From the human T2T-CHM13v2.0 reference genome, Homo sapiens: a stretch of DNA of 64,000 nt. Position numbers and translations under genes: made by a program. The first letter of the stretch is position 1. Every line of letters starts with the position of its first letter. A model generated the notes under the pieces. That model saw only the letters and a program-made list of their open reading frames with translations. It searched no databases and was not told the DNA's origin. Below, piece by piece: positions 45,900 through 60,400 of the stretch. The stretch lies in assembly GCF_009914755.1 (NCBI RefSeq), contig NC_060930.1; one strand, given 5' to 3'.

Positions 45900-46590
45900 C
45901 TCAGTATAATGGCTAAAACTAAAAATGCTGATGAAACCATGTGTTACCAATGATACGAAGCAAATATAATTCATATACATTGATGATGGGAATTATGGGA
46001 ATGCAAAATGGTGCAACTTTGGAAAACAGTATGGCAGTGCCTCATAAAATTAAACATTAATTTACCATATCGCCCTGCAATCTCATTCTTTTGTATTTAG
46101 CTAAGAGAAAAGAAACCATATGTACATACAAAGAGGTATAAGTACGAATGTCTTTATTATTAATCACAATAACCCAAATTAGAAGCAACTCAAATGTCTA
46201 ACAAGAGATAAATTAGTAAATTGTTGCATATCTACTCTTTAGAATAGTGCTCAGTAAAAAAAAATGAATGAAACATACATTCAAACAACATGGATCTTTC
46301 TAGAAGAGAGTATGCTAATTGAGAAAAGAAAAATGCAAAATTTATATACTGTATAATTCCATTTACATTAGATTCTAGGAAAAAAATACAATAAAAACAG
46401 AAAGCAAATTGGCGGTTGCCCAAAACCTGAAAAGTGAAAAGGAGCATGGGAACATTTGTTAGAGTGAGGGAATTTTTATATCTTGATTTTAGGTGTGGTA
46501 ACGTAATTATAGAAAATTACCAAAATATATTAACCTGTTTACTTAAAAGTAATGAATTCTACTATATGTAAATAATACCTTATAAAATAG
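45900..46590 (+). mobile_element. Ancient L1M(E-like) 3' end
   Basis: gggaatgcaaaatggtgcaactttggaaaacagtatggcag...atactgtataattccatttac. Confidence 0.75.
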
Positions 46591-48039
46591 GAGGGAAAAT
46601 GAAGACAAAATTAAGATTCTTTTTCTCTGGACATAGAGTAGCAGTGTGAATTTCTTTCTAGCACATCTCCATTGAAAGATATGCTAAAAATAAGTTTTTC
46701 AGGCTAATGACAACTATAACCAGATGAAAGCACAAATCTACAAGATGAGCATCAGACACTGTATATATCTACATATACATTTTAAAAGTCTTTATCATTA
46801 TTTTAATTTAATGCAAAAGTATTGTGTACCATATGTAGAAGTACAAATATGACAAGACAAGCACAAATAGAGGATTCTTAAAAATATATATTGTTACCGC
46901 CATTGTCAAAAGGTTTTTAATTAACTCAAGGTAATTGAACAGATTTAAGGCCAGTCTCAGATGTTACATAAGGGGCAGTGATATTATCAGATATTTGTGG
47001 GTGGGAAAGAAATGAGAATATTTCTACTTGCACTCTAAAAGTCGCTGTCCTAACTCAGGTCCTCTGTAAAGCAGAACGTTAAGTCTTGATCATTATCATA
47101 ATTATTGTTTTGGATGTGCGAATACAGAGAGTGGAGGGGGAAAGATAATATGAGCCAAGATGAAATAGAAAGAGTGCCACAGGATGATAAAAGATGACCA
47201 TGTGAGCCGTGAAGAGAAATGTACTGAAGTTTACAAGGAGAAACCACACTGTGGTGAAATCTAGATAAGGGCGAAGGGAGAGACACTGGCTAAGCTCTTT
47301 CCTTACCTTCATTTCCCATTTTCAAAGTTAACCCTAAGGTGGAGCAAACTCTACTACACTAAATTTGATAATGACATTGCATCGTCAAAACCCTCTATGG
47401 ATGCTCAAGAGTATAGATGAGAGTCCCCAGAAAACAGAAGCTGAGAAGGAAATTTGCTTTCAGGAAATTTCTTTGGTAGTGCTCTCAGAAACAATTATGA
47501 AAGAGGAAGTAGAAAAGCTATGCAATTACAACAGAATACTCAGCCCAGCTATAGCGCCATTCACAGTAATCATGATATGAATAAAAGGAGCCAGGTTTTA
47601 GTATTTCTCTATCAACCAGGCATTGGACACAGGCTGCAAACAGGGTGAATGTGTAACCTTTGTGTAGGCAGTGCTTTCTATTATAAGCAGCACTCATACC
47701 CAGATTAGCCTTAGCTTTGTTGTTAGCAGGCAATAGGTACAGCCTCTAAAGAAATGTTTCCTGTTTTTGGAATGGGTATATGAATGATTCATTGCAGTGG
47801 TCACTATACTCTATCGTGTGGTGTGCTTTTTTATTCAGGTGGCAGTGGAGGAGTGACTCCACCCATCATGTGGGACATTCAGGGAATGCTAGCTGGGGAA
47901 ACTCCAACCAGCTTGGGCAGCTTCTCCAAGGTGAGACTCACACTGTGCCTTTGGAAATGAAAGGTTGTTGCAGAACTTGAGAAGGTACATAAAATTTGTG
48001 TCTGATCAAGCCTAGTCTTTATATGCACTACTTATTACT

Positions 48040-48350
48040 CATAGAGGACTCAGAGGTGCACAGATAATTCAGTTTATTGAAGAAACCTCAATACAATTGG
48101 TAGAGTTAAGTGCAAGTAGGGCAGAGTGAGAGATGAACTTGGATAGCAAATGAAATGCCACATTATGTCACAACTTAGGAGCCATATTTGAAAGTTTGGA
48201 TTTTATCAAATCAGAAAACATTCCAGAAGTGACATGATCAAATATTAATGTACATATCAAAAAGGCTATTCTTCTGCAGAAAAAAAGTGGAGAAAGCAAA
48301 TCTTTAAAAATTGGAAAATTATTTGGGAGGGACATCACAAAATAACACAT
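48040..48350 (-). mobile_element. L2 fragment
   Basis: agtttggattttat...gaagtgacatgatca motif. Confidence 0.5.
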
Positions 48351-49149
48351 TTAATTACCAGAAAGCTTATTAAAAGTTACTATAATTAGTCCTTCAGAAA
48401 ATGAAAAATTTAACCAAAATGAGATGCTAGGTACCTATTATGCAAAACAAATGCTTAAGTTTTGCTGAGGATATAGATATAGAAATAATGAAAACTTTCA
48501 TGTACATCTGATAGATGAGAAACCTGTACTAAAACTGAATGTAGGCAGGAGCCACAACCCAGCAGTTCTACTCTTTGGAATATATCCAACATCAAATTAT
48601 TCATACATCCACCAAGATACATTTTTTATTGTTTTTGTTTCTCTCCTGATTGCTATTTCTGTGAGGAGATTTTCATGTGTTGAAACTATGTTTTGTGTTA
48701 CTCATTGAAGATAGTTATAATCGTGCTTTATAATAGTCCTCCTAGCTTTAATCAGAAAATAAGATGCTTCTTAATATTTGACACAGTTGATTTACTTCTC
48801 TCTTGAGAACAAGTCTCACCTTTTAATTTTATCTTGTTTTAATAATATAATGCTAAGTTTAGATCATATCATTCAAGTTATAAATGGTAAGTTAGAAGTT
48901 TCTGGATTAAATCTTTTCCTTTTCTTAGTAAAAAGAAACCAAATTGTTTCAAGTTATTTACTTGCTGTGTTTAATTTGGAAACTCACTTTCTGATGTTAA
49001 AATCCTTTGCCTTTTGATGGGCTACTCTGGATTTCTTCAATGTATTTGTAGTTTATGAGCCAGTCATTAAAGTTTGCAGTCTTTGGAGATGCCATGCAAA
49101 AGAAAAACAAAAAAGAACAAGAGTTGTAACTACTGTATTATTTTCTTAA

Positions 49150-50780
49150 AACAATAGAAATTAAGAAGGACAATTAGGGCATTACATAATGATAAAGGGT
49201 AAAACCCAACAAGAATTACCTATTCTAAATATATAAACATCTAACATTGGAGCACTTGGATCTATAAAATAAGTTCTTCTTGGCCCATGAAAATACATAC
49301 ATAAACACACAATAATAACTTCAACACCCCATTGAGAGTATTAGGCAGATTATTAAGGTAGAAAACTTACAAAAAACTCTGGACTTAAAACTTGATATTT
49401 GAGTAATTGGACCTAATAGACATCCACAGAACACTCCTCCCAGTAACCAAAGAATATACATTCTTTTCTCAGGTTCACATATAACATATTCTAAGATTGA
49501 CCACATGCTCAGACATAAAGCAAGTCTCAATAAATTAAAAAAAAACTAAATCATATCAAGAAAACCTTCAGACCACAGTACAATAAAAATAGAAACTAAC
49601 ATCAAGAAAACCTCCAAAACATGGAAATTAAACAACTTGCTCCTGAATAACTCCTGGATGAATATTGAAATTAAGGTAAAAATAAAAAAATGAAATTGAT
49701 GAAAATTGTGTACGTACCAAAATCTCTCAGATGCAGCAAAAGGAGTATTAATAAAAAAGTTTATAGCCCTAAACAACTTCATCAATAAGTTAGAATGATC
49801 TCAAGTTAACAATCTAAATTTGCAGTTAAATAAACCAGAATATAAAGAATAAACCAACTCCCAAACTAGCAGAAGAATAAGAATAACTAAAATTTGAAAA
49901 TAAGTTAATGAAATTTAGATGCAAAAGTGAAATTGAGATACAAAATATTAACGAATCCAAGAATTGGTTATAAAAAAAAAACAAGATTGATAGACCATTA
50001 GCTAGATTAACAACAACAAATAGATCCAAATAATTACAGTCAAAATGGCAATGATGACATTACAACTGATCTCACAGAAATACAAAAGATCCACAGAGAA
50101 TAGTATGAAAAACTCTATGCACACAAATTAGAAAATCTAGAGCAAGCTTTTCCAACTCACGGCCTGTAGGCCTCATGAGCCCCAGGGCAGATTTGAATTT
50201 GGCCCAAAATAAATTTGTGAACTTTCTTAAAACATTAAGAGATTGGTTCCTCAGCTATTGTTAGTGTTAGTGTATTTTATGTGTGGACCAAGACAGTTCT
50301 TCTTCCAATGTGGCCCGGGGAAGCTATAAGATTGAACATCCTTCATCTAGAGGAAATGGTTAAATTCACGGAAACATACAATCTCCTGAGTTTGAATAAG
50401 AAAGATATTGAAACTCTGAATAGGTCAGTATTGATTTCTGAAATTGAATCAGTAATAAAAAAACCCTGCCAACCAAAAATTCCCTAAACCAGATGGATAC
50501 ACAGCCAAACTCTACCAGAAATATAAAGAAGAACTGATAATATTTTGACGTAAACTATTCTGAAAAGTCGAGGAGGAGGGACTCTCATTAACTAATTCTA
50601 TGAAGCCAGAATCAGCCTAATGCCAAAATCTAGCAAAGACATGATGAGGAAAGAAAACTTCAGGCCAATATCCTTGATAAACATAGATGCAAAAGTCCTC
50701 AACAAAATACTAGTAAAATACATCCAGCAGCACATGAAAAAGTTAATTCAGCATGATCAAGTAGGCTTTATTCCTGGAAT
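49150..50780 (+). mobile_element. L1 ORF2 fragment (endonuclease to start of RT)
   Basis: gggcattacataatgataaaggg; ORF 50620-50886 [21 protein letters not shown]...HDQVGFIPG. Confidence 0.9.
50143..50344. mobile_element. MER30 (hAT-Charlie) inserted in L1
   Basis: MER30 body (cagctattgttagtgttagtgtattttatgtgtgg); perfect 8-bp TSD ATCTAGAG at 50135-50142 and 50345-50352. Confidence 0.88.
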
Positions 50781-50784
50781 AAAC

Positions 50785-52623
50785 AACTTCCACAACATAT
50801 TCATCATGGGTAGATTACATCTTATGAAACCACCTTTTTTGCAGAGCCATAAGAAGAAATTCTCAGCCATTCAAATTTTATCATGAGATTGCAGCAATTG
50901 AGTCATACCTTTAGGCTCCACGCCTAATTCAAGTTCTTTGGCTATTTTCACCACATCTGCCACTACTTTCTCTGCTGAAGTGTTGAACCCCCAAAAGACA
51001 TCCAGAAGGATGATTGAAATGAACTTCTTCCAGACTTCTGTTAATGTTTACATTTTGACTTCCTCCCATGAACTACAAATTTTCTTGTTGGTATCTAGAA
51101 TCGTGAGTCTTTCCAGAAGGTTATCACTTTACTTTGCCTAGATCCTTCACAAGAATCACTACCTATGGTGGGATATCACCTTATAGAATGTATGTATTTC
51201 CTAATACGACTTGGAAGCCAAAATGACTCCTTGATTCTTGGGCTGCAGAATAGGTGGATGTAGTAGCAGGCATAAAAATTTAGTCTCTTTATATTTCCAT
51301 CAGAGCTTTTGGTGCATTGCCAATGAGCAGTAATATTTTGACAGGCGTTTGTTTTCTGAGCAGTGGATCTCAGTGATGGGCTTAAAATATTCAAAAAATT
51401 GTACTATAAGCAGTTGTGCTATCATCAGGCTTTGTTGTTCCATTTGTAAAACATAGGTACAGTAGATTTAGCATGATTCTTAAGTGTCCTAGAATTTTCA
51501 GAATGCTAAGTGAGTTAAAATTGGTTTCAACGTAAAGTTGCCAGTTGTGTTGGCCCCTAACAAGACAGTCAGGCTGTTCTCTGAAGCAGGTATTAACTTC
51601 TGTCTATCTATGAAAGTTCTAGATAGCATCCTCTTTCCAATAGAAGCCTGTTTCATCTGCAAGAAATTTGTTATGTTGTTGTTTAGTATAGCCACATTTA
51701 TTAATGATTTTAGCTAGATCTCCTGGATAACTTGTTGAAGCTTCTCCATCAAGATCTGCTATTTTACCTTGCAGTTTTATGTTATGAAGAGGGCTTTCTC
51801 CCCTATGCCTCATGAACCAACTTCTGCTAGCTTCCAATTTTTCTGCTGCAGTTTCCTCACCTATCTCAGGCTTCATAGAATTGAAAAGAGCTATGACCTT
51901 GCTGTGGATTAGGCTTTAGCTTATGGAAATGTTGTGACTGGTTTCATCTTCTGTTCAGGCCATTAAAACTTTCTCCCTATCAGCAATACAGCTATTACTG
52001 TTTCTTATCATTTATGTGTTCATGAAGTAAAACTTCTAATTTCCTTTAAGAACTTTTCCTTTGCATTCACAACTGGGCTTTTTGGTACAAGAAGCCTGCA
52101 TTTCTGCCTATCTAGGATATCAACGTACCTTCTTCACTAATCTTAATCATTTCTAGTTTTTCATTTAAAGTAAGAGATGTGTGATTCTTCCTTTCATTTA
52201 AACTCTTAGAGATCATTGTAGGGTTATTAATTGGCCTAATTTTAGTATCGTTGTTTCTCGGGGAATAAGAAAGCCTGAGGAAAGGGAGTGAGACAGAGAA
52301 TGGCTGTATAGTGGAGCAATCAGACCACATAATTTTATGGATTAAGTTCACCGCCTTCCATGGGTACAGTTTGTGATGCCACAAAACAGTTGCAATAGTA
52401 ACATCAAAGATCACTGATCTCACATCACCATAACAGATATAATAATAGTAATAGTTTGAAGTATTTTGTAAGAAATACCAAATGTGACACAGAGACACGG
52501 AGTAAATATATGTTAGTGGAAACATGTTGTCTGTAGACTTAATTGACACAGGTTGCAGAAACGTTCAATTTGTTTAAAAAAAAGTGAAGCACAAGCAAAG
52601 CTTAATAAAATGAGGTGTGTCTG
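50785..52623 (-). mobile_element. Tigger1 DNA transposon, 3' truncated, with degenerate transposase
   Basis: 5' terminus CAGACACACCTCATTTTATT at 52623; ORFs give SLTLNEKLEMIKISEEG, AAEKLEASRSWFMR and DETGFYWK (pogo/Tigger transposase). Confidence 0.92.
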
Positions 52624-52699
52624 TTTGTCTGATATGAAGTATCTCTCTGGGATTCAATAACACTTTCACTGGCATAGATTAACAATGTCCATGATAATG

Positions 52700-52935
52700 A
52701 TTGCTGATATTTATCCAGGAGTTATTATGTGCCACGTACATTCGCAAGCATTATCTCATTCCATTTAAAAAACATGATCTGATATAGATACTATTCTTAT
52801 TTCATTATACTTATGACATCAATAAAGATGAAATATGTTAGATTATTTGCTGAAATCCACACAGCAATTAAATTGTTTTAAATAGGAAGGATTTAATTGA
52901 TCCTGACATCTATGATCTTAGCTACAATGCTCTAT
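52700..52935 (-). mobile_element. MIR fragment
   Basis: gctgatatttat...ttatgtgcca...tatctcatt...ctattcttatttcatt. Confidence 0.5.
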
Positions 52936-54632
52936 GGAATATCACAAAACACAGTGTTTTTCCCAAATAGCTTGCCTGGTTCAATGTTTACATAAAATGG
53001 ACAGAATTAGTTTCTATTCTAAGAAAATTGGAATCCAATCTGATTAAATATTTCAATATGCATAAAGAGAACTTTTATCAAAATAAAGGGGGCTTAGTTA
53101 CCGTGGAATGTAAAAAAGAAGAGTCTCAGCTTAATAATGACTATTCCTATCCAAGCTTTCTCCAGAGAGTCTTGCAGCTTTAGCAAATAAAACTTTGGTC
53201 GTTCAGTTCCATTGGCATGTATATTCATTATCTAGGTTTTCCCTTGCCATATTGGCAGAACAATACATATTTTAAAGTATCCGCATTGTTGTCTTAGAGA
53301 TTTTATTAAACATTATACTTATTAATTATCCTTCCTCATGTACTCCAATCTTAGTTAATGTTTTCCTTTTCGTAAATATATTAACAGAGGAATGTACACA
53401 TTTATCATATTGACAATGAGTAGAATCTCTCATTTCTGATTTGTTATTCTGATATTACATATATCAATATCTTGAATTGTGTTTATATAAATTAATTATG
53501 TTTTAATCTCATAAACTGAAAGACCAGAAGATAGACCGTAGTAAAAAAATAATTATGCCATTGTTTGAGGTCACTTGTCTTACTTTCCCGCTGATGATGG
53601 CATGCGGGTAACATTACCATTGACAGGATATTAGTATTTTCTTAGATCCTAAATTATTTTGATCTTGAGATTTCTATTTAAGTGTAATAATATGACATAA
53701 TATTTTCTTAAAAAGTAAATATTTGACTTTTTTTCTCAGAATTCAAATACTCCAAGAGTGAGAAATTAATGTCAGTCTTATGAAGAATGTATCAAAAGAA
53801 TAACTCTAAAGTTAAAGGTGCTGTAGTTGTACAGTGATTGACACATTTTAAGATCATGTCCATAATATGACAAAGATAATAGGGCAGTGGAGAAAGTTAG
53901 TAGAAAATTCAAGCATGATTAAATATCATTTTTCTATAGACAACTTAAAGGAGCACATGTCACAATTAGAAACTATGTCATTAAACAAGTCAGAAATATC
54001 ATAATACACTAATCTACTTGTATCACATATTTTTGTATTAGATATACTGCTAAAGTAATTCACAACTACAGTATTGGTCCAATTCTTTTCTTTTTAAAAC
54101 TTTCAAAATAATGAGCCTTTATTTACTTATTTTTATCCTCTCCCTTTCTGAAATTGTCCTAATAGTTCTCAAATTTAAAGCTCTAATAATTCCAAAAACT
54201 TTAGTAACCAAATCTCTTCTGTGTAAAACTTTTATATGGATATAGTATGATAAAACGAACCAGTCTTTTTTTTTAATGTATATGTACATGCTCTAGTTAA
54301 GACATTTCTAGTGAGGTTCTCATCTTAGTAACACTCTGTAATATTTTCTTTGAAGTTAATTTTTTGCTAAACCATTTTCTTTACATTTAATTTAGATATT
54401 ATATATGTAATATATATCTATGAATCTACATATTTGTCTAAGAACTATTTTCTAAAAGAACAGCTTATCTCAATTATTCTTTCTGGTGTAGACAATACAT
54501 CACCAATTTGAAACTCATTATTTTTGTGTTATACTCTTAACTGCTCATTGATATGTATCTTTCTAAACAAACATGAAACTAAAAAATTAGCACTAAGCTA
54601 GCCTCTGAAATATGAAAAGAAAATATTGTTCT

Positions 54633-55067
<435 letters not shown>

Positions 55068-55539
55068 TCATGATCTTGGGTAGGTGGGTGATGGGATAAA
55101 AAATTAGCCATTATATGATTTTGATTGAAGGAGAATGTTTTGCTAATGCAGTGGAACCCTATTTAGATTGGGGACTAGGCATCAGGATAGTATTTTGCAG
55201 AGTCCATGATATCAGTTGAATCTTGAAATATGAATAAAAGTTAACCAGAAAGCTTTGAGGACATAAGGATGATAGTAGAAGGAAGAATAAGCATAGGATA
55301 TAGGAGTGAAAGAGAACATAGCACTTATGGGAGTGATTTGAACTTAAGATGCATAAGGCTGGAAAGTTAGGCAACATCAAAACCCTGAGAAACTGTATGC
55401 AATAACAAACACAGGTGATTCATAAAGGGGTAATAATTGAGCAAAGATTCAGAATAAAATTTATTTTCCTATAGATTTTATAAGCTATTCATTACTAAAA
55501 TGACCAAGTAGAACTTTCAAGATGCCTTTCCCCTGTATT

Positions 55540-55760
55540 TGTCAGCACAACAGGGGGACTATATTAAATAATAATTTAATTGTACATTTTAAAATAACTG
55601 AAGAGTATAATTGGATTGTTTATGAAGGATAAATGCTTGAGGTGATGGATACCTCATTTACCGTGATGTGATTATTATACACTGTATGCCTGTATCAAAA
55701 TATCCTACATATTCCATAAATATATACACCAACTTTGTATCAAAAAATTAAAAATATGTT
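55540..55760 (+). mobile_element. L1MA-type 3' end fragment
   Basis: aattgtacattttaaaataact...gaggtgatggatacc...tgtatcaaaatatc. Confidence 0.82.
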
Positions 55761-56009
55761 TTGTAAACCCACAATTTTAAATAACTTCAAAATTGTCTTG
55801 TTTACTAAGATTTATAATTGATGTATTTCTTCTTGTGTTAAAATATATTTCAAATCTATAGTTAATTCTAAATAAAAATCTGCTAATGATGTCAATGAAC
55901 ATGTTTGAGGCTGGCTTTTTTTAGATCAAAATATTATGTATTTCTCCACTTTAGATATAAAAATTATCAAAATTGCATATCTTCATCTACTCAGAAAATT
56001 TACAAATAT

Positions 56010-56500
56010 AATTTTTAATTCAGATTTATCAAAATAGAATTTACAGTTAAAATTTACCTTTTTTGGATGCACAGTTATATGAGTCATTATAAATGTACAC
56101 AATTATGGAGCCTGGAACAATAAAGAATTAGAATAATTCCATCACCATTAAAAACTTTCCTCTCTGCCACTTTAGTGTCAATTTATTCCTCCGATAACAG
56201 CCTGTGGCACCTACTGATTTCTTTTCTGTCTCTGTAATTTTGACATTTTCAAAATTTTATATAAATAGAACACATAATAGGTAACCTTCGCACTTCACTT
56301 CTGAGTTTGGCTTAAATTTAAGATTCACCTATGTTGCTGAGTTTGCTGGTAGTCGGTTCTTTTTATTTCTGAGTAGTATTCTACCATGTGAATGTCCCAC
56401 ATTGTACTGACCCTCACCAGATGCCAGATGATAGATGTTTGGGTTGTTTATATTTTCTGGTGATTATAAATTATACTATTTTAAATATTTACAGAGGTAT
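56010..56500 (-). mobile_element. Old L1M 3' end
   Basis: ttccatcacc...agattcacctatgttgctg...ctgagtagtattc. Confidence 0.65.
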
Positions 56501-57364
56501 TTTCTAAACTAATAATAATATAAATAATAAGTTTCATTAAACATACTGATTTTCTGCTGTTAAAAATATATGAACATAAAAATGTTTTCAAAAGGAAGGC
56601 ATTAAATGTCATTTGAATATTAAGCATAAACCTAAACCTATCACATTCAAGTTGGACAGATTTGGATAATTATTTAAATTTTGAGCCTCCATTTCTGAGT
56701 GTTTTAACAAGGTTAATACAATTCATTTATCTCAAAGTAATGTTGAGGAAATCAAATGGGGTAATGCAAATACACTTTGTAGATATCTTTTTCAGTAACC
56801 ATAAATATTTTCCAAGTAAGAAGTAACTAACTTGGTCAAGTCCACTTTGCAATAATCCAGTAAGTTTTTACAGGAAGGTTTGTCTCAAATTTTAGGCAGC
56901 TAAACACCTAAATCATTGTGTAGATTTCAAAATTCCTCTCAATGTTTATATGACAGTCTTTAATGAACATCCTCCTTAGGTAGTAAGACTGAATCCTAAG
57001 TTGACGGGAAACAAAACTGCACTAATACATAATATGCCACATAACGTAAGATTTAAATGAAACTACCTTATCCTAATGACTGGCAGAGTAAGTTGTAAAC
57101 AATGGCATTTGTTAACGTTGATCCAAATGACCATGCATTATTAAATCCAGCTTTTACATTTTTCAAATTTTAGATTGAACTTAAGCCCATGACCTCATCA
57201 TGTTCAATGTTAACTTTCTGTGTCATAAGTTCTTTGTCTTCAAGGTTACTTTTGGTTTTGAAATATCATTTTATATTAGATTACAGGCAAAAGACAATTA
57301 GTTTTCCAAATAGTGCTTCTTGGGCCATAAATACAAGCTGTCTTTTTTTGTTTGGTTTGGTTTG

Positions 57365-57790
57365 GTTTCATTTTTAATTAAAACATAATTGTACATATTT
57401 ATAGGGTACAGTGTAATGTTTTAATATATGTATACAATGTGGAATGATCAAATTAGTGTAGTTAAGATATCCATCACCTCAAAAATTTATTATTTCTTTG
57501 TGTTGAGACCATTCAAAATCTTCGCCTAGCTATTTTGAAATATACAATATATTATTGCTAATTATAGCCACCCCAGTGTGCAATGAAACACTAGAGCTTA
57601 TTCCTCTTATCTAATTATAACTTTGTGCTTATTGTCCAACCTCTTCTCATTTCCCTTTCCCCTCCATGCATCCCAGCCTCTAGCAACCATTTTTCAACTC
57701 TCTACTTCTGTAAGATCAATTTTTTAAGATACCACGTATGTGTAAGATCATGAGGAATATGTCTTTATGTGCCTGGCTTATTTAACTTTA
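57365..57790 (-). mobile_element. L1MA-type 3' end
   Basis: taattgtacatatttatagggtaca...atatccatcacctc...tgtgcctggcttattt. Confidence 0.85.
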
Positions 57791-59832
57791 CACACACTCT
57801 CTTATTAATGACCAGATATTAAGCCTAACTAGTCTGACATAAGTTCATTCATATTCTTTCTAGCTCAACTTGTTTTGGTTAATTAAACATATTTCTATGA
57901 AAAAAAAATTCCCATGATCATGACCAGAAAATAAACTTGTAACTAAATAGCAGTCAGTGTGAAAGTATAGCTACTATCCAAATTGAATCTTTCTCTACAA
58001 CTTTTCTAAGACTGATTTTACTGTTACCATAACAAAAAAGCATCAGGTATACATGGTTAAACTAACATATGGGCCTGAATTTAATCAAATGCTGCCAAAT
58101 GAGCTTTTTAAAAATGGTTTTCTTTTTGATCCCACAAAACTGCCGTTCAAATGTCATATTTTGATTCTTTTTATGTTGCTACTGTGATGAAGACTGTGAC
58201 AATAACAGTAAGTAGATATTCAATTGAGATAAAACTTGGTTTCCAGGAAGTTTTACCATGGTCTTAATCATACTTGTAGATTTTCAAGAGCATATTGAAT
58301 ATTTAGATCTTTATATTTTGACCACGGTAAAACCTTCTGTGCCACATAGTCTTCTGCTAGTCATAATATAGCAAAATAAGTAGCCATAAATTGAGATCTC
58401 ATTTTTAATCAATTAAAAACCTTTACTCTGGCCAATGTGTTTAAATAGAATGTCAGTCTTGAGTAATGCAGGAAGCCTACTGACAGATAGATGGATATTT
58501 TATCTAAATGTTTATATATCTGGAAATTAAAGATGCATGCAAATTAACTTATTTATTTTCCTACCTACTGGTTTGATAGATTTAATTAATATGGGCGACT
58601 TCTTTCTTGCTGAGTTATTGATAATTGCCCTTTTATTGCCATCTGGTATCTGTTTGCTTATTTAAGTCTATTGTGCCTGCATAATATAATTAGTTAACTT
58701 TGCTCCAGATTGCCCATGGATGACTCTGGTTTTCAAAGCAGGTTTTCAACGGTAATCCAACAAAGTAGACTGTGTAATTAAATTTTTCTTCATTTTCTAT
58801 GGCATGGCAAAATTTCAAGGCAGAATTTTTTTTTTTTCAGAAAACATGGTTTATCAATGTTCTAAAAAAATTCAAAAAGGAGGAATTTGGTAGGTGTGGG
58901 GTAGTGCTAGGTTTGGGAATACTATTTGCATTTTTATTATGAGTCAAATTATATTTTCCGTTTCTTCTTTAACTTTACATTTTACCCTTTTTAAGGCATT
59001 ACTTTACATTCTTGATAAATTTTGAAATACCATTACCTATTTTATTATTTAAGACATTTTTGTCCAAAATTTTTTTTCATTTTAAATTTTATCTAGGTCA
59101 TGTTTTATTCATTAAAAAGCTTACAAAGAACTAATTTCTTCCATAATCAGCATTTAATGGATTGTGCGTATATTACAATATACCTAAAATTTAGTAATGC
59201 ATCTAAAACAACAGATAAGTTGGACTTATATGTCATAAAAATACTCTGTGAGTAATCATAAAACTGCAAATATGGAAAGAAAGAGAGGAAAGGAAGCCAC
59301 TCTATTATCAATTTTGACATATTTAAGTATTTATTATACTATCCCACCAGTTTTATACTGAAATTATATAAATTATAAATAATAGTATTTTAAAAGGGAC
59401 TTAATTTGGAGGGTATACAATTATTTAACTTCCTATTCTATTCTTAAACACACAATATAGGTCTGATACACAGTTATTATTATTGACATTTTTTAAAACT
59501 TAATTTTATTGCTTTCCTAGGTTAATTCTACTATTCCTTAAATCTCATGTCTTTCTTTCTTGAATAGTACTTTCATTATGTGAAAAGTTCAGAAGTATAT
59601 GTTCATGTAATTCCTTGACCGATATATTTGATATTTTGGCAGAGCACTGTAAAATTTGAATATTATAATATATAATCACATTTGACTGAAGCATTTATTT
59701 CATTTCAGAAAGGTTTGAAAGTTAAATGAGTACATATGTAAAAATAGATTATCAGTCTTAAAAATATCATATTAAAACCTCCAGAATGTGTGTGACTTTC
59801 ATTTCCAGAAAGAAGAACCAGACATACTTTTT

Positions 59833-60400
59833 ATTTTAATTTTTAATTTTTGTTGGTGTATAGTAGGTGTATATATTTATGGTGTGCAGGATATATTTTG
59901 ACATAGGCATGCAATGCATAATAACCACATCAGAGTTAATGGAGTATCCATCCCCTCAAGCATTATCCTTTGTGTTACAAATAATCCAATTACACTCTCT
60001 TAGTTATTATAAAATGTAAAATTAAATCACTATCATTATTGACTGTAATCACCTGTGGTCCTATAAAATATTAGTTTTTATTCGTTCCTTCTAACTATTT
60101 TAGAACCCATTAGCTATCCCCACTTCTCTCCCTTCCCCACTCCACCTGCCACTGCCCTTCCTAGCCTCTGGTAATCATTCTTCTACTCTCTATCTCCATG
60201 AGTTCAATTGTTTTATTTTGTAGATCCCACAAGTATATGAGAAGATGTGAAGTTTGTCTTTCTGTGCCTGGCTTATTTCACTTTTATGATGATCTCTGTT
60301 TCCATCCATGTTTTTGCAAATGACAGGATGTTGTTCTTCTTATGGCTGAATAGTACTCCATTTTGTGTATGTACAACATTTTCCTTATCAATTTATCTGT
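59833..60400 (-). mobile_element. L1MA2/3-like 3' end flanked by a 48-bp direct repeat
   Basis: ttttaatttttgttggtgtatagtaggtg...; flanking repeats at 59785-59832 and 60401-60448. Confidence 0.88.

Noticed and set aside
47420-47720. Possible ancient ERVL LTR (LTR16/33-like)
   Set aside because: Only a short motif resembles it; too degenerate to call or bound
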